From Chrysomallon squamiferum (taxonomy: Eukaryota; Animalia; Mollusca): a stretch of DNA of 64,000 nucleotides. The translations under genes were made by a program, and so were the position numbers. How positions within the stretch are numbered: the first letter of the stretch is position 1; each line of letters starts with the position of its first letter. Shown in pieces: positions 57,572 through 64,000 of the stretch. Under the pieces are notes generated by a model, which was given only the letters and a program-made list of their open reading frames with translations, was not told where the DNA came from and did not search any database. Where the stretch lies: NCBI GenBank assembly GCA_012295275.1, contig CM022665.1, positions 22,258,001 to 22,322,000 of the forward strand, given 5' to 3'.

Positions 57572-58768
57572 TATTTATTTATTTATTCATTTATTTTTTA
57601 TTATTATGGAAGTGATCTAGTTGTTGTTATCGATTTTTTTTTTTTTTTTTACGTTAACGAATTAAGAACAAAAGTCACCTATTTTAAAAATACTACTTTA
57701 TAATTTATAACCAGCAGGTCCGAGAGACGTGCATACAAAACTGTAACGGCTTTAATAATAGCCATATGATCGACATTTTTCACTTTTTTTTTTTTTTTTT
57801 TTTTCAATTGCTCTCTGCTGGATCATCGTGCTCTGTTTAAGTTTGTACTCAGATGCGAGAAACGATCGCGAGTTTAATGTTTTCTGACGAAGAGTACTTC
57901 ATGTCGAATGCTAAGTATGGCGTTTTACTCTTAACTCAAATAATTTGTAAACTTTGTGATTATCTTGTCAGAGGAAAGAAGATTATAAATGTGGCGCGTT
58001 AAACTGTTCTGAATAGTGTGCTTGTTTATATATATTTTCAAGTAAATATATGTGTACAGTTATTTGAAAATATTTAGATTTGAAAAAATAAAAAAATATA
58101 TAAAATAAAAACATTTTAAAAATTTAAAAATTCATTGTTGTCTAATATATGTGTGTGTGTGTGTTAAAATAAATTTCATAGCCGAAGAATCTAGTCACTA
58201 CATACAACATTAAGAGATTTTTATATATGAGAAAGGTATTTAAATTTTCTATACCAAATCACGTATTTAAATATTTTTATTTCCCCTACGAATTAGATAA
58301 AATTTTAAATTTGAACGAATAACGAATAAAAGTTTGATTAATAACATATCTGTATATTTTAATAGTAACATTTCCTAGCTGTTTGAAAGACTTTTTTTCT
58401 TTCAGTAATAATCAAAAAAGAAGAAGAATATATTTGCGGCAACAATTTTTTTTTTTTTTTTTAAATATACAGGTCCCAGAACATTCATCATGTTCAAAAA
58501 AAAAAAGAAAAAAAAAAAAAAAAAAAAACTGACAAAAACCCACCACCCCTCGGAATAATGTGTATTAATTTGTATCTGTTAAAAACCTAATTTAGTTTTT
58601 TACATTCCAGTGTCTATTTTTAACTATATATATATTAAGTGGTGGTCGTGAAATCCATGTCACCTTCGGTTTCAAGCTCTCCGGACAATTAGCATGGCAC
58701 CTGTACAGACAACGGCTTAAGTATAAACTAGTTGCAGGTTATTGGTTGGAACTAGAAAACAAAAATAT

Positions 58769-58804
<36 letters not shown>

Positions 58805-59793
58805 TCTTTTTCAAAAAAAAAAAAAAAAAAAAAATTCAGGGATAACTGTTACAAAGTCTGTCTGTTGTATACAAACAATAGTCAGTAAGTTTTAAAAAGA
58901 ACTACACAAAGATCGCGAGTTTCTAATTATATAAATGTACAAGAAGCAAATATAACCGTAAGTAGAAATTGGTAATAAAATAAGACTAACGACATAAATT
59001 TTGCATAATTATCTTTATTTTCATATTAAAATACCCTTTTATATAGTTAAAAGATTTCAGTATCACAGTTTCTGGAATAATGCAGCTGCATGATTTTTCA
59101 TTTATAATGTATAAAATAACAGAAAGAAATATAATTTGACAAAAAACAGTGATAAATTTACGATTATCAAATTTAATATAAAATTATCTATATCTAGTTA
59201 TCTGTGTACATTTTGATAACAATAATAAATGCTAATTCAGACATATAATTTTTTAATATAGCTCTTTCACATTTATCTGTATACGAGATTTGTATTGTGA
59301 AAAAGAACTGGAATAGGATTAGATATATTTAAATTTTCGTTTTATCTTAAGCAGATCTTGTCACGTAATTATACCATCATATTAATCGCCTTTTCTCATA
59401 CAAATTTTTGCCAGCATTAAATAAACAATCGTTTTAAATAATTAACTTGCAGAAAAAAATTAATATCTTGATGGCTAACAAAAAAACATATATAAAAAAA
59501 AAAAGAAAGGAGAGGGTCAGAAAAACGAACTCCACATCAAAAAAAATTACAATTACATAAACCATATTTTAAAAAGCTACAATCATGGCCTAAACTGCAT
59601 TAGAAATACTGTTAAAATATTTCACTAACTTCAATGGTAAAGAAATATGTGTATGTATATTTACAATATTCGTATTATATATCTATGTATAAATAAATTA
59701 ATAAATGTGTATATGGCTGTATGTATGTATGTATATGTATATATATATGTACTTTATTTGAGTATGTATGTATGTATGTATGTACTTCATTTA

Positions 59794-59828
<35 letters not shown>

Positions 59829-61709
59829 AATTTGTGGTTCAGATAAAATGATCAACATTTTTATATTCATGTTATGCATGTATATGTATATATATTTATC
59901 TACATATCCATCCATCTAAATCAAAATGGCTTTGAACATTAATTAAATTACTTTTCTTTCTGTCTTTCTTCATCAAACTAACAACTAAAATTCTCTTCTT
60001 ATGCTTCTGGGTGGTCACTTTTCTTAACACTGCTATCATAAATTATACACAAACAACAGATATCTGTAATAAAACCCTGTAGATAATGAAAAATATACAT
60101 CAAAACAAACAACAAATGCAATGAAAAAATAAATATTCAGGTATCTTAAGATACTTAAAAACTAAAATTAATTTGATTATTAGGTACTGTTAATAAAAGG
60201 ATTGTAAACTGAAGTTCAGATACAAGCAGGTATTAATTTATGAAAAATGTACCACACAACAATATGGATAATAAATTCACCAGATTCTTGGCAGCTTATC
60301 CAGTGAATTATCTTTAGTAAGCCAGATGGCCATGTCTATTTTATTAATATCGGGTGTGGTTAAAATTATGCTTTTTAGAAAATTAAATTTAAAAAAGATC
60401 TGTTTCAAGAACAATATAAGTTTGAAAACGATTAATTGTACAATTAACTGCTTAAATAAAATATTTTTAAAATTTACATAAAGTTTTATATATACTCATT
60501 AAAAACTTCAATAAATAGTAAAATATTAATTTAAGTGAATTTTTTAACTTTTTCAACAAATATCTTTTAAACACATCAAGTAATTTTTTATTTACTGACA
60601 CGTAATCTTTGCTAATAATAAAGTATGAGAATAATAAAGATAAAAAATGAATAGATTTCTTTAAGATTGATTAAATCATTGTAAAGAAGCTATAATATCA
60701 ACCTATCATTTTCCGTGTGCATGTGTGTGTGTATGTGTGTGTTATGTTTTTGTTTTGTTTGGGGTTTTGATGGGGTTTTTTGCTTTTTGGTGTATAAAAT
60801 GTTTACAAAAAGGATAAGCTGATTTTGGACTTATACATTATTATTATTATCAGAAAAGACTGGTTATAAAACCAATTCTAACTAAAAAAAAGTATATGAA
60901 ATGTATAAATACACTTTAACTCTAGAAAACTTTCTTCATTGTTCTTTATATAAATGCATATTCTGTAAATTGCAAATACATATATAGATAAAATCATAAC
61001 TGTTTTTTAAAAATGTTTTTAATCTCAGTGCAATACCAAAGACCTTTTCCAGGAGAACAAATAAAAATAACAAAAACCAGTTATAAAATACTATGACTAT
61101 GACAACCTTAATAATATCCCAGTATCCTCTGTTGCAGGACAGCTTGAAAAGTACTTCTGTAAGCAATATCCATACAAACAACAGTATATTACCATAAAAA
61201 CAGTATATTTTCTTGTACCTAGGTATTGCACCATGAAATCCTTTCTTCAACTTACAACCTACATAAAATGCTAGTAAATTTCAAACCTGATGATTAAAGA
61301 TGATAATCTTACATATAAAAAGAACAAACAATTAAATATGTGAAACGATGGGACTCCGAAATAATAAAAATCTGTTAAAATACAGAAATAACATCCAAAA
61401 TATCTGTGTAACATAGTTACAAACCATTCAGTGATAAACAACCATTTGTCTTAAAAAAAAAATTATTATCACTATTTTGTTTTGGGAATAGTGAGATGAA
61501 TAAAATAACTGCATAAATAATGACTATAAAATTATAATTTCATCTTGGAATTTGCAGATTCATTGTTCAGTTTCCTTCAGCTGATATTATTTGAGTTTTT
61601 ATTATTACACAAATGTTAACTGTAAACAAAATGGTGAATGCACACAGATTGTAATCTCATTCATAATTAAAACCCCACACAAATCAGAGAAAGAAAAACA
61701 TTATCTGAT

Positions 61710-61771
61710 TTATAAAGTCTTCTTCATCCATTCAAAAGCCATCTCATAGACTAACAGCATGATAGCACCAC
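61710..61771 (-). CDS. SLC25A21: SLC25A21 last coding exon (62 nt, TAA stop)
   Basis: tatttgcag|GT GGT GCT ATC ATG...TTA TAA = (G)GAIMLLVYEMAFEWMKKTL*, resembling the GGAVMLLVYE C-terminus of vertebrate SLC25A21. Confidence 0.95.
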
Positions 61772-62372
61772 CTGCAAATAAATAAATAAATAAATAAATA
61801 AAATAAATAACAAAGATAAAAAATATAATAATAATAAGAAGAAGAAGAAGAAGAAGAAGAATAACAACAGAAAAAGCAATAATAATATTAAATAAATAAA
61901 TAAATAACAATGATAAAAAAATATAAGAAGATGAAAAATCATAACTGCAATAGAAATAGTAATAATAATAATTACCATAATATTAACTGCAAGGTAATAA
62001 TAACAACAATATAACAGCAAAAACAACATCAGGATACTGTAATTGATTTTCATATTTTTACAATATTTTATCATTATAAATTGTTGTTTTTGGCATTTAG
62101 AATAATTTAGTACCATAATGTGTTTGTGTTTGTGTGTGTGTGTGTGTATGCATGTGTGTGGGTGTTCTTTTTATGAAGGTTTTTTTTTTTTCTTTTTTCC
62201 TTGCTATATTTGTTAAAGAAAAATGTTTTTTTTTGGGAGGGTTCTTATTTTATTTAATTAATTAATTTATTTATTTATTTTTTTTTTTATTTTTTTTTTT
62301 TTTTTTTGCAGCACTTGGATAAATAATTATAAATATAATTTCTAAAAAATAAAATAAAGAAACAATAAATAC

Positions 62373-62425
62373 CTGGTCCAAGTCTTAAAACCTTTGGCAA
62401 TAATCCTTTGTACAAAGCAAAATAC
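62373..62425 (-). CDS. SLC25A21: SLC25A21 penultimate coding exon (53 nt)
   Basis: tttacag|G TAT TTT GCT TTG TAC AAA GGA TTA TTG CCA AAG GTT TTA AGA CTT GGA CCA G|gtattt = YFALYKGLLPKVLRLGP. Splice phases match both neighbouring exons. Confidence 0.95.
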
Positions 62426-62797
62426 CTGTAAAGTAAATCTATGCTTTAACAGTCATTCTTTACATAAAGAAAACAAAAAAAGGAAATGAAAATAATTTTA
62501 AAAGTGAAAGAGAAAATGGGTTCATATAGTCTGTAGTGAATATGGTTAATGTGAGTGGTTTCCCTTTTAAATCCAATCATGATAGGAGATTAAAGGTCAT
62601 GTCCTTGACATGCACATTTAAAAATTCTCTAATGGATGTACCCATACTTATACCCATACCCCTCAGAATATAATACTAGAAAGAATTATACAATTTTTAC
62701 TTTGTATCTTCTTCTGACATTAAATTTATCAAAATTATGGTCTAAAACCTACGCTCCTAGTGAACAAACAAATAATAACAAATATTTAAATACTGAC

Positions 62798-62979
62798 CCC
62801 TCTTCTCTGTAAACTAATTTCATTGTCTGAAAACAGGTGTGATATTTTATTTCTCCTGGCACTGGTTGTGGCCCCTGAATCCTGCTTTTAGCCACATCCC
62901 AAGGGATGTTCACACAAGAGGCTAAAATCCCAGCTCCCAGACCAATAACAAATCGTCTTGGAAGATCATATCTTTGATC
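62798..62979 (-). CDS. SLC25A21: Mitochondrial 2-oxodicarboxylate carrier, third-from-last coding exon (182 nt)
   Basis: ttttatttag|GAT...GAG GG|gtcagt. Translates DQRYDLPRRFVIGLGAGILASCVNIPWDVAKSRIQGPQPVPGEIKYHTCFQTMKLVYREEG, with the carrier signature PxDxxKxR and the SLC25A21-type DVAKSRIQGPQPVPGEIKY string. Not in the ORF track. Confidence 0.96.
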
Positions 62980-63555
62980 CTAAATAAAAAGTTATAAATA
63001 TTTTTTTTCATGTAAAATCCAAGTTTTAAATAAATCTAAATAGCACAAATATTTTAATTATATTAGTTGCTTCAGTTAAAATTGAATAGATTTCTAAACA
63101 GAATCCAATTTTTTACTTCTTTTTATGACCACTATTAAGCATAGGTGGAACATATTTATGATATTTTTTTTTTTTTTTAAAGTAATATTAAAACCTGACT
63201 AAATATTATGATATTATAATGGTGTCTTCCCACTTGTTCTAAACATTTTAAGTAGGGATAAAAATATTATTTGATCCAAATGGGAATTATGTAATAGGCC
63301 GTTCGACTATGTGGGTAATTAGGAGAGTTAATTTCAAACCTCATATATATAAGTGTATTAGATCAAGTAGGAATTACATAATAATATATGTGGGTAACTA
63401 CCAGCTAACATTGTCAAATATTTGTTAGCTTAGCAATATATCATTGTAAAACAAATTATTCCAAAAAACAACAACAAACAAACAAAACCCAAAAAAAAAA
63501 AACCCCAAAACATTACTAGTGAATCTGGTGTTACTGGTTGAAACTTTAGGATCTG

Positions 63556-63586
<31 letters not shown>

Positions 63587-63683
63587 GTTACTTTAGCATG
63601 AATGCGCTTTGCCACATGACAGATCAGCTTAAACAAAAACCAGTTCAGTTGTATGACATTCAGTGTCCATCAGTTTGATATTG

Positions 63684-63995
63684 TTATTCACTGTCCTTTC
63701 TTCTGTGCCAATTTTTCTTCCATTCAGGATTGTTCGAGATATGAACTAGTACATGTTCAGATAACTTGTAGGAATGGAGCTTGTTATACCACCCTTTAAG
63801 GTCATTGTTCATTCTGTGTCTACTGTTTGCAAAGTGATTCCATACAAGTTTGTTCCATGCAGGCATACTGACCCAGATCCTGGTCATACAGTCCATTAAA
63901 GTCACAGACGTTTCACCCAGGGGACACTGCAATGACATCAACCTCAACCTGGTCCAGTGATACAAATGGCCTTGGTTCTAAGTGAAAGTAGTACC
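63684..63995 (-). mobile_element. Degenerate Mutator-like (MULE) transposase fragment in an SLC25A21 intron
   Basis: Across frameshifts it reads PFVSLDQVE / LMDCMTRIWV / VWNHF...HRMNNDLKGWYNKL / LNMY*FI. This recapitulates the order LPFVP...DYFxxTW...WNxF...RTNNxxEGWHNKL...HPNIYxFI seen at the C-terminal end of animal MULE transposases. It has stops and frameshifts, and no TIR is visible. Confidence 0.7.
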
Positions 63996-64000
63996 ATGTT

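Noticed and set aside
60936-61250. 104-aa hydrophobic ORF downstream of SLC25A21
   Set aside because: Non-ATG start, T-rich compositional hydrophobicity, and it lies in the probable 3' UTR.
63980-64000. AAC ATG GTA (NMV) at the window edge resembling the NMVYFGFY segment of the preceding SLC25A21 exon
   Set aside because: It continues LLSLRTK rather than YFGFY and better fits the MULE relic. The upstream exons lie beyond the window.

Overview
Very AT-rich, microsatellite-dense animal genomic DNA with spliceosomal introns. It looks like an invertebrate bilaterian, possibly a lophotrochozoan/mollusc, but the taxon cannot be fixed from the sequence. Two real genes are present, both on the minus strand. 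(1) A complete two-coding-exon Pax1/9 gene: a 4-nt ATGG exon at 24653-24656, an 8.3-kb intron, and an 824-nt exon at 15494-16317, giving 275 aa with a paired domain, an HSVTDILG octapeptide and no homeodomain. (2) The last three coding exons of the mitochondrial 2-oxodicarboxylate carrier SLC25A21 (62798-62979, 62373-62425, 61710-61771), with a decayed Mutator/MULE-type transposase in the intron at the window edge. Pax1/9-SLC25A21 is the known regulatory-block pair of the deuterostome 'pharyngeal' gene cluster, but here the genes are head-to-tail rather than convergent as in vertebrates. The rest is a gene desert of simple repeats, local duplications and many 200-600 bp CpG-rich islands that look like enhancers. 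CpG becomes sharply depleted at about 59.7 kb, where the SLC25A21 transcription unit appears to end. Almost all other ORFs in the track are microsatellite translations. I found no convincing evidence for a wholly new molecular system; the most interesting signals concern locus architecture and regulation.
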